A DNA stretch of 64,000 bases from Vicinamibacteria bacterium (GTDB lineage: Bacteria > Acidobacteriota > Vicinamibacteria > Vicinamibacterales > JAENWD01): the NCBI GenBank assembly GCA_963764495.1, contig CAVXSR010000005.1, positions 74,206-138,205 of the forward strand, written 5' to 3'. Below are positions 18,741-27,716 of the stretch, piece after piece. How positions within the stretch are numbered: position 1 is the stretch's first letter; each line of letters starts with the position of its first letter. The notes under the pieces are model-generated. The model had not been told where the DNA came from. It worked only from the letters and a program-made list of their open reading frames with translations, and searched no databases. The position numbers and the translations under genes were made by a program.

Positions 18741-18938
18741 CTATGCGTACGGCAACATCCGCTTCAGCCGATCCTGGTCCTGCTCGGCGACCTGGATGGT
18801 GCCGCGGAGCGACCGCTTCCGCTTGGTCGTCTTGCTGGTCAGGATGTGCCGCTTGAACGCGGACGCCCGACGAAACTTGCCGCCGGCGGATTTCTTGAAC
18901 CGCTTGGCGGCGCCCCGATGTGTCTTCAGCTTCGGCAT
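18741..18938 (-). CDS. rpmI: 50S ribosomal protein L35
   Basis: The protein begins [42 protein letters not shown].. . It lies in the same frame as infC with no intervening stop. Confidence 0.9.
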   Translation of the reverse strand: MPKLKTHRGAAKRFKKSAGGKFRRASAFKRHILTSKTTKRKRSLRGTIQVAEQDQDRLKRMLPYA

Positions 18939-19598
18939 GTTCCCTAACTCTCGTTTCCCGGCGTGTCCGCCGGCGGTTGCGCGCGTCCCGGCGCCCACGC
19001 CGGCCGGTTGCGCAGCTGCCCGACGCGGCGCGTCGGCTGTCCCCTTGGTTCCCTTGCCCGATCGCTGCGCCAGAATCGTGTGCATCTGATTGCCTTCCTG
19101 GCGCGGCGCCGATTCCACGATCGCCGCCTCTCCCAGTTCGCCGATCAGGCGCTCGAGGATGCGGCGGCCGATCTCGGGGTGGGCCATCTCGCGGCCCCGG
19201 AAGAAGATCGTCGCCTTCACCTTGTCGCCGTCGGCGAGGAAGCGCTCGATGTGCTTCTTCTTGAACTGGTAATCGTGCTCGTCCACCTTCGGACGGAACT
19301 TGATTTCCTTGACTTCGATGATCCGCTGGTGCTTCTTCGCCTCGCGCGCGCGCTTCTGCTCCTGGTACTGATACTTCCCGTAATCCATGATCCGGCAGAC
19401 CGGCGGCACGGCGGTGGGGGAGATCTCGACCAGGTCGAGGCCCTTCTGACGAGCGATCGTCAGCGCCTGGGGCGGCGGCATGATGCCCAGCTGCTGCCCC
19501 GCATCGTCGATAACGCGCACTTCGCGCACCCGGATGCGTTCGTTCACGCGCACCCGATCGTCACGTCTGGGGCCTCTCGACCCGCGATCAAAAGCGAT
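18939..19598 (-). CDS. infC: translation initiation factor IF-3 (non-AUG ATC start; no in-frame stop before rpmI)
   Basis: It contains ..[53 protein letters not shown].. . GGGAGG plus 5 nt precedes ATC at 19598. The frame runs on through an Ala/Gly-rich tail into the rpmI ATG. Confidence 0.8.
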
Positions 19599-19626
19599 AA
19601 CTGCCTCCCAGGTTAGCCAGAGCGCC

Positions 19627-21552
19627 CTACTTTCTGTCTCGCACGTCGGCGAGCGCGGCCGAAACGAAGGCTTCGACGGGTTGGGCGCCCTGGTCCCCAC
19701 CCGCACGCGTCCGCACGGCGACCGTCCCTTCAGCCGCCTCGCGGTCCCCTATCACCAGCATGTATGGGATCTTCTGAAGCTGCGCTTCGCGAATTTTATA
19801 CCCGATCTTCTCCTGCCGCTCGTCGACCTCGGCCCGCAGCCCGGCCGCGTCCAGCCGCTGCTGTGTGGCCCGTGCGTAGTCCAGGTGCCGGTCCGCAATC
19901 GGCAGGAGCCGAACCTGCAGGGGCGCCAGCCACAGCGGAAACGCCCCGCCAAAATGCTCAATCAGGAGGGCAATGAACCGCTCGAAGCTCCCGTAGATCG
20001 CGCGGTGGATGACCACCGGCCGGTGCTCGGCGTTGTCGGCGCCGATGTACTTCAGGTCGAACCGCTCCGGCATCTGGTAGTCGAGCTGAATCGTCGCGCA
20101 CTGCCACTTGCGGCCCAGGGCATCCGTCACATCGAAGTCGATTTTCGGACCGTAGAACGCGCCGTCGCCGGCGTTAATCGTGTACGCCTGGCCGGCGTTC
20201 TCGAGCGCCTGTTGCAACGACGCCTCGGCGCGATCCCACGTCGCGATCTCGCCCATGAATTCGTGCTCGGGGCGCGTCGAGAGCTTGGCGGTGGACTCGA
20301 GCCCGAAATCCGCATACACGCGCTGTACGAGCTTCAACAGCGACTCGACCTCGGACGCGATCTGATCCTCGGTCACGAAGCAGTGCGCGTCGTCTTGCGA
20401 GAACTGACGGACGCGCGTCAGCCCGGACAGGACGCCGGACGCCTCGTTGCGGTGCAGCGGCGTCTGCTCGTGCAGGCGGATCGGCAGATCGCGATAGCTC
20501 CGGACCTCGCTGGCGAACACCAGCATGTGGCCGGGGCAGTTCATCGCCTTCACCGCCATCGCCTCGTTCTCGGATTCGACGAGGAACATGTTCTGGCGAT
20601 AGTGCTGCCAGTGCCCCGACGTTTCCCAGAGCGCCTTGTTGTAGATGAGCGGCGTCTTCACCTCGTCGTAGCCGGCGGGGAAGAGCACTTCGCGCATGTA
20701 GTTCGCCAGCGTGTTGTAGAGCAGCGTGCCCTTGCGCAGCCAGAACGCCGCGCCCGGCGCCCACGGATGAAACATGAAGAGGCCGGTCTCGCGGCCCACC
20801 TTGCGGTGATCGCGCTTCTTCGCTTCTTCGATCTGCGTGAGATGGGCCTTCAGCTCCTTGTCGGAGAAGAATGCCGTGCCGTAGACGCGCTGCATCGGCG
20901 CGTTCTTCGCGTCGCCCTTCCAATACGCGTTCGACGTCGTCAGCAGCTTGAACGCCTTCAGCTTGCCGGACGACGGCACGTGCGGACCGACGCAGAAGTC
21001 GATGAACGTGTCCTTGTCCTTGATCGTGTAGCAGGACACGTGCGACTGGCCTTCCGTCTTCTCGTCGATCAGCTGCACCTTCAGCGGCTCGCCGCGCTGT
21101 TTGAAGAACGCGCGCGCCTCGTCGCGCGGCCACAGCTGCCGCTCGTAAGGCAGGTTCGCCGCCGCCAGGTCGCGCATCTTCTGCTCGATCGCGTCGAGAT
21201 CCTCGGGCACGAACGGCCGGCTGACCACGAAATCGTAGAAGAATCCTTCGTCTGTCGCCGGGCCGATCCCGCACTGCGTGCCCGGAAAGAGCGCCGTGAC
21301 CGCCGCCGCCATCAGGTGCGCGGTGCTGTGGCGATAGAGATGAAGGGCTTCGGGGCTTTTCTCGGTGACAATCCGCACGTGCGCATCGGCCGTCAGGGGA
21401 TGCGACAGATCGACGAGCCGGTCGTCCACGACCGCCGCCAGCGCCGCCTCGGCGAGCCGCGGAGAGATCCCGGCCGCAACCGCGGACACAGCCGTCCCGG
21501 ACGCGACGGCCTTTTGTGAGCCGTCGGGCAGCGTGATTGTGACCTGACTCAT
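19627..21552 (-). CDS. thrS: threonine--tRNA ligase
   Basis: It begins [13 protein letters not shown].. (TGS domain) and carries class II motifs such as ..FRRDNLD-like/..[11 protein letters not shown].. . An alternative upstream ATG exists at 21594. Confidence 0.9.
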   Translation of the reverse strand: MSQVTITLPDGSQKAVASGTAVSAVAAGISPRLAEAALAAVVDDRLVDLSHPLTADAHVRIVTEKSPEALHLYRHSTAHLMAAAVTALFPGTQCGIGPATDEGFFYDFVVSRPFVPEDLDAIEQKMRDLAAANLPYERQLWPRDEARAFFKQRGEPLKVQLIDEKTEGQSHVSCYTIKDKDTFIDFCVGPHVPSSGKLKAFKLLTTSNAYWKGDAKNAPMQRVYGTAFFSDKELKAHLTQIEEAKKRDHRKVGRETGLFMFHPWAPGAAFWLRKGTLLYNTLANYMREVLFPAGYDEVKTPLIYNKALWETSGHWQHYRQNMFLVESENEAMAVKAMNCPGHMLVFASEVRSYRDLPIRLHEQTPLHRNEASGVLSGLTRVRQFSQDDAHCFVTEDQIASEVESLLKLVQRVYADFGLESTAKLSTRPEHEFMGEIATWDRAEASLQQALENAGQAYTINAGDGAFYGPKIDFDVTDALGRKWQCATIQLDYQMPERFDLKYIGADNAEHRPVVIHRAIYGSFERFIALLIEHFGGAFPLWLAPLQVRLLPIADRHLDYARATQQRLDAAGLRAEVDERQEKIGYKIREAQLQKIPYMLVIGDREAAEGTVAVRTRAGGDQGAQPVEAFVSAALADVRDRK

Positions 21553-21629
21553 TGCGACTGTTGGCACCTTGCCGTCACTCAGGCCCGACATCACTTCCGC
21601 GACTGCCGGTCAGGCCAAACGGCAAAAGG

Positions 21630-21706
21630 TGGTAGGCACGGGCAGACTCGAACTGCCGACCTCCTGCGTGTCAGGCAGGCGCTCTAACCAACTGAGCTAC
21701 GCGCCT
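21630..21706 (-). tRNA. tRNA-Val (anticodon GAC)
   Basis: The minus strand reads AGGCGCGTAGCTCAGTTGGTTAGAGCGCCTGCCTGACACGCAGGAGGTCGGCAGTTCGAGTCTGCCCGTGCCTACCA. It folds as a cloverleaf with a 7 bp acceptor stem, anticodon loop CUGACAC, T-loop TTCGAGT and an encoded CCA. Confidence 0.95.
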
Positions 21707-21741
21707 CTAGGCGTCCAGGACGGGCTCTGAGACGAACGACC

Positions 21742-21771
21742 AGTATAACAACGCCCTGGAAGAGGCGTCAA
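21742..21771 (-). promoter_or_regulatory. sigma70-type promoter for tRNA-Val (and possibly thrS)
   Basis: The minus strand reads TTGACG-18 nt-TATACT and ends about 35 nt upstream of the tRNA 5' end. Confidence 0.6.
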
Positions 21772-21797
21772 TCGTCGGGGCGGGCCTTATCTCGTGT

Positions 21798-21826
21798 TGG
21801 AGCGGGGCTTTAGCCCCGCCTCCCAA
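21798..21826. repeat. family A hairpin downstream of hup
   Basis: The sequence is ttggaGCGGGGCTTTAGCCCCGCctccca. Confidence 0.8.
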
Positions 21827-21840
21827 CGCAGGGGTTGTCC

Positions 21841-22113
21841 TCAGCGGACGGCCTTCTTGAGGGCGGTGCCGGCGGAGAACCGTACGACGCGCCGCTTCGG
21901 CACCTTGATGGCGGCCCCGGTCTGCGGGTTCCTGGCCATCCGCGCTTTGCGCATCGAGGTTTTGAAGGTGCCAAACCCGACGAACGTGATCGAGTCGCCC
22001 TTCTTGAGCGCCTTGGTGATGCCCTCGATGAACGAATCAACCACTGTCGACGCCGAGCTCTTTGACAGCTCCGCGTCCTTCGCGATCTTGGCGACGAGAT
22101 CCTGTTTGTTCAT
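21841..22113 (-). CDS. hup: HU family DNA-binding protein
   Basis: The protein begins MNKQDLVAKIAKDAELSKSSASTVVDSFIEGITKALKKGDSITFVGFGTFKT..RNPQTGAAIKVP.. . An AAGGAGG SD precedes the start. Confidence 0.9.
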   Translation of the reverse strand: MNKQDLVAKIAKDAELSKSSASTVVDSFIEGITKALKKGDSITFVGFGTFKTSMRKARMARNPQTGAAIKVPKRRVVRFSAGTALKKAVR

Positions 22114-22196
22114 GTGATCCTCCTTAGGGGATGGACGATGCGGCAACGAGTTCCAGAAGCGCGATCGAACGAACGCGCTTCCGGAAAACGTCACGC

Positions 22197-22226
22197 GTTA
22201 TACGTGACGCCAAAGATCAGTGTCAA
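22197..22226 (-). promoter_or_regulatory. sigma70-type promoter for hup, with a palindrome across the -10 box
   Basis: The minus strand reads TTGACA-18 nt-TATAAC. The -10 is embedded in the inverted repeat CGTCACG-cgttata-CGTGACG. Confidence 0.55.
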
Positions 22227-22281
22227 GGATAATCGCGGCGGGTTTGCGCGCGCGTCGGCGCGCGCACGTCGATTAGGTACG

Positions 22282-23454
22282 CTACGCGGCCGCCTTCGCC
22301 GGCGTTTCAATCCGCTCGATCGCTTTCTCGAGAATCGGATCGCCGGTTGGCGGCGTGGCGCCGAACTCGACTTCGGGTTCGGCAACGGCCACGTCGGGTG
22401 CGAGGCCCTTCTCGTGGATCGCCGTGCCGTTTGGCGTCAGGTAGCGCACCGTCGAGATCCACAAACCGCTGCCGTCAGGCAGCCGTACGAGCTCCTGCGT
22501 CGCGGCGCGGCCCAGCGTGTGCTCGCCAATCATCTCGGCGCGCTTGTGGCCCGAGAGCGACGCCGCAAAGATCTCGGCGGCCTGCGACGTGCCGTTGTCC
22601 ACCAGCAGCACCACGGGGACGGTAATCGCGCCATCACCGGCGGCCGCCCCGATATCACGCTTGGCGTCGTTGCGCGACTCGCGGCTGGTGATGATGCCCT
22701 CACTCACGAACAGCCGCGCCGGGGCCACACCCAGTTCCGGGGCGCCTTCGGCCGTGGCGCGCAGGTCGAGGATCACGTGCTTCGCGCCGTCTTTGGTCAG
22801 CGAGGTCACCTGCTGCTTCAGATCGGCTGGCGTCCGATCGTTGAAGCCGGCGACGCGCACGAGGCCAATCCCAGGCTTGACGATCTTGCCCGACACCATC
22901 GCGGCGGACGCCTCGTCCCGCGTGATCTCGACCACGTGCGGTTCGGCCGCATTGCCGCGAATCACGACCAGCTTCACCTTGGTGCCCGGCGCCCCGCGCA
23001 GCAGACCCATGCCTTCGAACACCGACATCTCGCGCGTCGGCTTGTCGTCGATGGCGCGAATAAAATCGCCAGTGCGAAGGCCGGCGCGCGCGGCGGGCGA
23101 GCCGTCGCGCGCGGAGATGACGCGCAGGTAGTACTGACGCGTCAACTCGACGCCGATCGAGCCCTTCGGCGGGGCGCCCTTGCCGAGTTTCGTAACGTCC
23201 GCCGCCGTCAGCCACGCGCAGTCGGGATCGAGGCCTTCCGCGAGGCCGCGCATCGCGCCGTTCATGATCTTGTCGGCCTCGACCTGCTCGACGTAGTTGT
23301 TCATCACGAGCGACACCACGTCGTCGAACACGCGCAGGTGCTGATACGGAGTGTCGGCCGGCGGAATCGTGCGGCTCAGGACGGCTCCGACCACGACCAG
23401 AAGGAGGAGCGGAACCGATATCAGCAGGACGAGCAGTCGCGCGCGAGAAGTCAT
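22282..23454 (-). CDS. S41 (C-terminal processing peptidase) family protein with non-canonical catalytic positions
   Basis: It has an N-terminal TM helix, a PDZ segment and an S41 core (..LLVDNGTSQAAEIFAASL..IGEHTLGRAATQ..YLTPNGTAIHEKGLAPDV). The canonical motifs GSAS*ASE and TFGK*G read GTSQAAE and TLGRAA here. Confidence 0.75.
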   Translation of the reverse strand: MTSRARLLVLLISVPLLLLVVVGAVLSRTIPPADTPYQHLRVFDDVVSLVMNNYVEQVEADKIMNGAMRGLAEGLDPDCAWLTAADVTKLGKGAPPKGSIGVELTRQYYLRVISARDGSPAARAGLRTGDFIRAIDDKPTREMSVFEGMGLLRGAPGTKVKLVVIRGNAAEPHVVEITRDEASAAMVSGKIVKPGIGLVRVAGFNDRTPADLKQQVTSLTKDGAKHVILDLRATAEGAPELGVAPARLFVSEGIITSRESRNDAKRDIGAAAGDGAITVPVVLLVDNGTSQAAEIFAASLSGHKRAEMIGEHTLGRAATQELVRLPDGSGLWISTVRYLTPNGTAIHEKGLAPDVAVAEPEVEFGATPPTGDPILEKAIERIETPAKAAA

Positions 23455-23464
23455 GAAACGCCCT

Positions 23465-24577
23465 TCAGAAGCGGGATTTCAGCCATTGTAACGGGTCCAC
23501 CGCCTTGCCGTCGACGCGGACCTCGAAGTACAGGACCGCCAGTCCCGTGGGCGAGACGCCAACCTCACCCACTCGTCCCCCCTTTTCGACCCGGTCACCT
23601 TTATTGACGGCAATCGTCGACAGGTAGCCGTAGAGCGTGTAGATCTGTGCACCGTGATCGACGATGACGAGGTTGCCGAAGCCGGTGAAGGGGGCGGCGT
23701 AGGCGACCGTGCCCTCGTGGACTACCGCGACGGCACGGCGCAGGGGCGACCCGATCTCGATGCCACTCCGATTGACCGCCGTCCCGAACTTCGAGATCGA
23801 GCCGCGGCCGAAGGGGGCGATTACCCGGCCCGTCACCGGCCACTCGAGCGCGCCCTGGAACGGGCGAATCGGCAGTGCGGTCGCGCCGGACGGGAGCGCC
23901 GCCACCGCGGCCGTGAGCTTCTGCTGTGCGGACTGCAGCTCGCCGGCAAGCTGGGCGTTGAGATCGCGCCTCGCGTCGATTTCGTTGATCAGCGCGCTTC
24001 GCGCCCGGACGGCGGATGCGGCGTCAACCGCGGCGCGGCGCGCATCGGCCTCCAGTGTTGCGGCCCGCTCGCGGCGTGCGTGCAGGTCGGCCTTCACCTT
24101 GCGGAGCGATTCAACTGTCGACGCGTGCGCACGCACTCGCTCACGATCGCGGGCGGCGAGCGAGGCGACTGCGCGGTACGCGCGCCCCATCTCGCGCACA
24201 TCGTCCACGCTGAAGAGGAGTCGGACGTAGCCGCCGCTTCCGAGCTTGTAGAGCTCGGCGAGACGACTGGAGAGGCCGGGGATTTCGGCCGACTGCCGCT
24301 GCTCCAGCGCGTCGAGCCGGGCGACCGTTGCGTTCAGCTCGTCGTTGGCCGCGGCGAGCGATTTCTCGGCGTCCCGCTGCACCGCGAGCCGGATGTCGCG
24401 ATCGAGCTCGAGCCGCCGCAAATCGACCAGCAGCGATTTCTCTCGTGCCGCCAGTGCATCGGCTTCCTCACGGAGAGAGCGCAGCCGATCAGCGGTCCGT
24501 TGCTGAGCGTCCTGGGCAGTCAGTGGCAAGGACAGTGCGGCCGCAATGACCAAGACAAGATGCGGCCTCGAGGACAT
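23465..24577 (-). CDS. EnvC-like murein hydrolase activator (coiled coil plus degenerate LytM/M23 domain)
   Basis: It has a signal peptide, about 230 aa of coiled coil and a C-terminal M23 fold (..GNLVIVDHGAQIYTLYGYL..GEVG..LYFEVRVDGKAVDP). Metal-ligand positions are altered (HxGID reads RSGIE). ATG 24577 is preferred because the upstream 12 codons are repeat sequence. Confidence 0.75.
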   Translation of the reverse strand: MSSRPHLVLVIAAALSLPLTAQDAQQRTADRLRSLREEADALAAREKSLLVDLRRLELDRDIRLAVQRDAEKSLAAANDELNATVARLDALEQRQSAEIPGLSSRLAELYKLGSGGYVRLLFSVDDVREMGRAYRAVASLAARDRERVRAHASTVESLRKVKADLHARRERAATLEADARRAAVDAASAVRARSALINEIDARRDLNAQLAGELQSAQQKLTAAVAALPSGATALPIRPFQGALEWPVTGRVIAPFGRGSISKFGTAVNRSGIEIGSPLRRAVAVVHEGTVAYAAPFTGFGNLVIVDHGAQIYTLYGYLSTIAVNKGDRVEKGGRVGEVGVSPTGLAVLYFEVRVDGKAVDPLQWLKSRF

Positions 24578-24591
24578 CGGTGGACTATCGT

Positions 24592-24756
24592 AGTGCAAAG
24601 TGGCAAGTGCCAACTGCCAAGTGGAGTGAGGAGTGGGAAGTGATGAGTGATGGGCAAGGCCTCAGGGGAGCGTTTACCCGAGCGGTGATTCTTGTCTCCA
24701 CTGCCCCCTTCCTATTTTTCATTCCACTTGGCACTTAGCAGTTAGCACTTGGCACT
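24592..24756. repeat. family C long hairpin, copy 2
   Basis: The left arm reads agtgcaa agtggca agtgcca actgcca agtggag.. and the right arm reads ..ccacttggcacttagcagttagcacttggcact. It lies in the envC-like/ruvX divergent region. Confidence 0.85.
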
Positions 24757-24779
24757 GTGAGTGTCTGTTACCATGCCCT

Positions 24780-25247
24780 GTGCGAGTAGTGGGCATCGAC
24801 TTCGGCCTGCGCCGCATCGGCCTGGCAGTGAGCGATGCGACGGGCGTACTGGCGCGACCGCTGCAAACCCTGGAGCGCGGTCAGGGCCAGTCGGATGCGG
24901 ACGTCGTTGGCGCCGTGCTGCGTGTGGTGTCCGATCTGATAGCGTCAGGCGAGACTGTGGACGCGATCGTGCTGGGCTTGCCACGCCGCCTCGATGGGAC
25001 GCCGAACGACCAGACCGCGATCGTCGAGCGGTTCGCGACGCGGCTGCGGGACGCCACCACGCTTCCGGTGCACCTGCAGGACGAGCGGCTCACCAGCCAC
25101 GAGGCCGAGTCCCGATTGGCGACACGAGAACGCGACTGGCGAAAACGCAAGGCCCGGCTCGACGCCGCCGCCGCCGCCATCATCCTGCAGGACTATCTGG
25201 ACGCGCACGCGGCGATTCCCGCCTGGCATCCTGACGACATCGAGTGA
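24780..25247 (+). CDS. ruvX: Holliday junction resolvase-like protein RuvX/YqgF
   Basis: The protein begins (GTG)RVVGIDFGLRRIGLAVSD.. and contains ..LGLPRRLDGT.. . Confidence 0.85.
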   Translation: MRVVGIDFGLRRIGLAVSDATGVLARPLQTLERGQGQSDADVVGAVLRVVSDLIASGETVDAIVLGLPRRLDGTPNDQTAIVERFATRLRDATTLPVHLQDERLTSHEAESRLATRERDWRKRKARLDAAAAAIILQDYLDAHAAIPAWHPDDIE

Positions 25248-26275
25248 TGCGTCGACTGATCCTGGTCGTGGTGGCCATCGCCGCGCTCGCTGCAGCCGTG
25301 GCTGGTGTCTACTATGCCCGAGTCGACGAGCGATACCGTGGCTATACGGGCACCGAGCGGTTCGTCGAGATCGCCCCCGGCACCGGTTCGCGGGCGATCG
25401 GGAAGGCCCTCGTCGACGCCGGCGTCGTGCGCGACGAATGGACGTTCCGGCTTGCGGTGTTGCTGACGGGTACACAACGTGAGCTGAAGGCGGGCGAGTA
25501 TCGCTTCACCACGCCGGCATCCGCCAAGGACGTGGCACGGAAGCTGGCCCGCGGCGATGTCTTCCTGCGGCCGATTACCTTCCCCGAGGGCCTCTCGGTG
25601 AAGGAGATGGCCAGCATTTACGAGTCGCGCGGGCTGGGCACGTCGGCGGCGTTTCTCGCGGCGGCGCGCGACACCAGCGCCGTGAAGGCGCTCGATCCGG
25701 CCGCCCGAGATCTCGAAGGTTACCTCTTCCCCGACACGTACAACGTCCCCCGCAAGATGAACGCGCATGCGCTGGTGCGGCAGATGGTGCAGGCATTTCT
25801 GCGCGTCTACGGTGAGACGGTGCAGAGGGAGGTTGACGCGCGCGGGGGCACGCTGCGTGAGGTCGTGACCCTGGCGTCACTCGTCGAAAAAGAGGCCGCG
25901 CAGCCGGAGGAGCGGCCGATCATCGCGGCGGTCTATCAGAATCGGCTGCGGATCGGGATGGGCCTGCAGTGCGATCCCACCGTCATCTACGCGCTCGAGA
26001 AAGCAGGACGCTATACCGGCAACCTGACGAAAGCCGACCTCAGGATCGACTCGCCGTACAACACCTACAAGTACGCCGGCCTGCCGCCCGGTCCCATCGC
26101 GTCGCCGGGCCGCGCCTCGCTGGAAGCCGCGACGCGTCCGGCCTCAGTGGACTATCTGTACTTCGTCAGCCGCAACGACGGCAGCCACGTGTTCGCGACG
26201 ACGCTGGCCGAGCACAACAAGAACGTCAAACAGTGGCAGGTCGATTTCTTCAAAGACAAAAAAGCGAGTCAGTGA
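25244..26275 (+). CDS. mltG: endolytic murein transglycosylase MltG (YceG family)
   Basis: It has an N-terminal TM helix and contains ..LKAGEYRF.., ..ASLVEKEA.., ..PIIAAVYQNRLRIGMGLQCDPTVIY.. and ..SPYNTYKYAGLPPGPI.. . Confidence 0.9.
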   Translation: MMRRLILVVVAIAALAAAVAGVYYARVDERYRGYTGTERFVEIAPGTGSRAIGKALVDAGVVRDEWTFRLAVLLTGTQRELKAGEYRFTTPASAKDVARKLARGDVFLRPITFPEGLSVKEMASIYESRGLGTSAAFLAAARDTSAVKALDPAARDLEGYLFPDTYNVPRKMNAHALVRQMVQAFLRVYGETVQREVDARGGTLREVVTLASLVEKEAAQPEERPIIAAVYQNRLRIGMGLQCDPTVIYALEKAGRYTGNLTKADLRIDSPYNTYKYAGLPPGPIASPGRASLEAATRPASVDYLYFVSRNDGSHVFATTLAEHNKNVKQWQVDFFKDKKASQ

Positions 26276-26284
26276 TTCGGGGCT

Positions 26285-26348
26285 GCAGTCCCGCAGTCCC
26301 GCAGTGCTGCGGTGCGTGCTGAGTGCGGCCGTGCTGTGGCAGTGACGC
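26285..26348. repeat. octamer micro-array (GCAGTCCC x2, then degenerate GYRGTGCN units)
   Basis: The units read gcagtccc gcagtccc gcagtgct gcggtgcg tgctgagt gcggccgt gctgtggc, immediately after the mltG stop. Confidence 0.55.
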
Positions 26349-26779
26349 GGATCTAGGGGTTTATCCGCACAGCGGAACATTATTCTGCCCTCGTGCCGTT
26401 GCGACGATGGCGCGAATGGGCATTCGCTGTGATCACGACCAGCGGCATGTCGAGCCTTCGCCGGCTGGCTCTCACCTCGGCCGCGCTCTCCGGCAAATGA
26501 ATGGCCTCACTCGCGGCGGTTTGATACGTGGAGGTACGGAAAGCCGTGGCGCGCGCGAACCGCCGAACTGATGGTGCGAGCGAGTTCGGCGCGGGACCAA
26601 ACGACACGCCCAAGATTCGAAACACTCCAAAGAGGACAGGATCGGCACGAACGGCGCGATCGGTGGCAGGTGGCGGCCAGGCGGTGGATTCGCCGCCAGG
26701 TTGCTGCAAGCCCGATCAGCGTGCGCCGGGTCCACCGCCACATGCCACTTGTCCTGGGCTTGTCGTGCAATCGCTTTCG

Positions 26780-26838
26780 CAGCAGGGCGCGACTTCAGTC
26801 GCGCCGAACAATGGCCCGACTGAAGTCGGGCCCTACTG
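26780..26838. repeat. family A hairpin dimer (CAGCAGGG..CCCTACTG)
   Basis: It contains the hairpins ggcgcgacTTCAgtcgcgcc and ggcccgacTGAAgtcgggcc, 5 nt from the nadK stop. Confidence 0.9.
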
Positions 26839-26843
26839 CCGTC

Positions 26844-27716
26844 CTAGTTCCCCCACCCCAACTTCGCCCGCAACGTATCGAAGTACCCGCGCGACGTGGA
26901 GCTGACGAGGCGGACTGGCGACTTGGCTCGCCGGATGCGCACGCTGTCGGTAGCTTCGAGGCGATGGCCGCTCTGACCGTCGAAGGTCGAGTAGACGTCG
27001 TAGCCTCGCGCGTCGAGCGGCGCCACATCGACGGTCGCGTTTCCCGGAATGACGATGGGGCGGTTCGCCAGCGTGTGCGGGGCGATCGGCGTGATCAGGA
27101 TCGCGTCCACTTCGGGGTGCACGATCGGCCCGCTGGCCGCGAGGTTGTACGCCGTTGACCCCGTCGGGCTCGCGATGATGATGCCGTCTGCCTTCACCCG
27201 CGTCACGAACCGCCCATCCACGCTGACGCTCAACTCGATCACGCGCGAGACCTCACCGCGGGTGACCACCACGTCATTGAGGACCACGTGCTCGGCATGA
27301 GGGTGACCGCCTCGTAGCGTCACGGCGTGCAGCAGGCGCCGCTCGTGGATCTGTGCCCGACCGGCAAGCACCGCCTCCAGTTCGGGATACAACTCCTCGA
27401 GCGTGACTTCGGTGAGGAAACCCAGCCGGCCGAAGTTCACGCCCAGGATGGGCGTCGATAACCCCGCTTCGCCTACTCGTGCCGCCGTGCCCAGCATCGT
27501 CCCATCGCCGCCGAGGACCAGCAACAGGTCGACCTGCGCGACCAGTTGATCGCGCGCCAGCGTCGGCTCGTTGGACAGTCCCGCCAGCGCGGCGGTCTTG
27601 ATCTCGAAGATGGTCTCGACGCCACGCGCGTGCAGCCATCCGGCGACGGCCGCGAGGTGCGGGGCCGCCGCGGTGAGGCCATCCTTCGCGATGATGCCCA
27701 CGCGCGTCACCGTCAT
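26844..27716 (-). CDS. nadK: NAD kinase
   Basis: It contains ..LLLVLGGDGTMLGTAR.., ..GVNFGRLGFL.. and ..IASPTGSTAYNLAASGPIV.. . Confidence 0.9.
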   Translation of the reverse strand: MTVTRVGIIAKDGLTAAAPHLAAVAGWLHARGVETIFEIKTAALAGLSNEPTLARDQLVAQVDLLLVLGGDGTMLGTAARVGEAGLSTPILGVNFGRLGFLTEVTLEELYPELEAVLAGRAQIHERRLLHAVTLRGGHPHAEHVVLNDVVVTRGEVSRVIELSVSVDGRFVTRVKADGIIIASPTGSTAYNLAASGPIVHPEVDAILITPIAPHTLANRPIVIPGNATVDVAPLDARGYDVYSTFDGQSGHRLEATDSVRIRRAKSPVRLVSSTSRGYFDTLRAKLGWGN

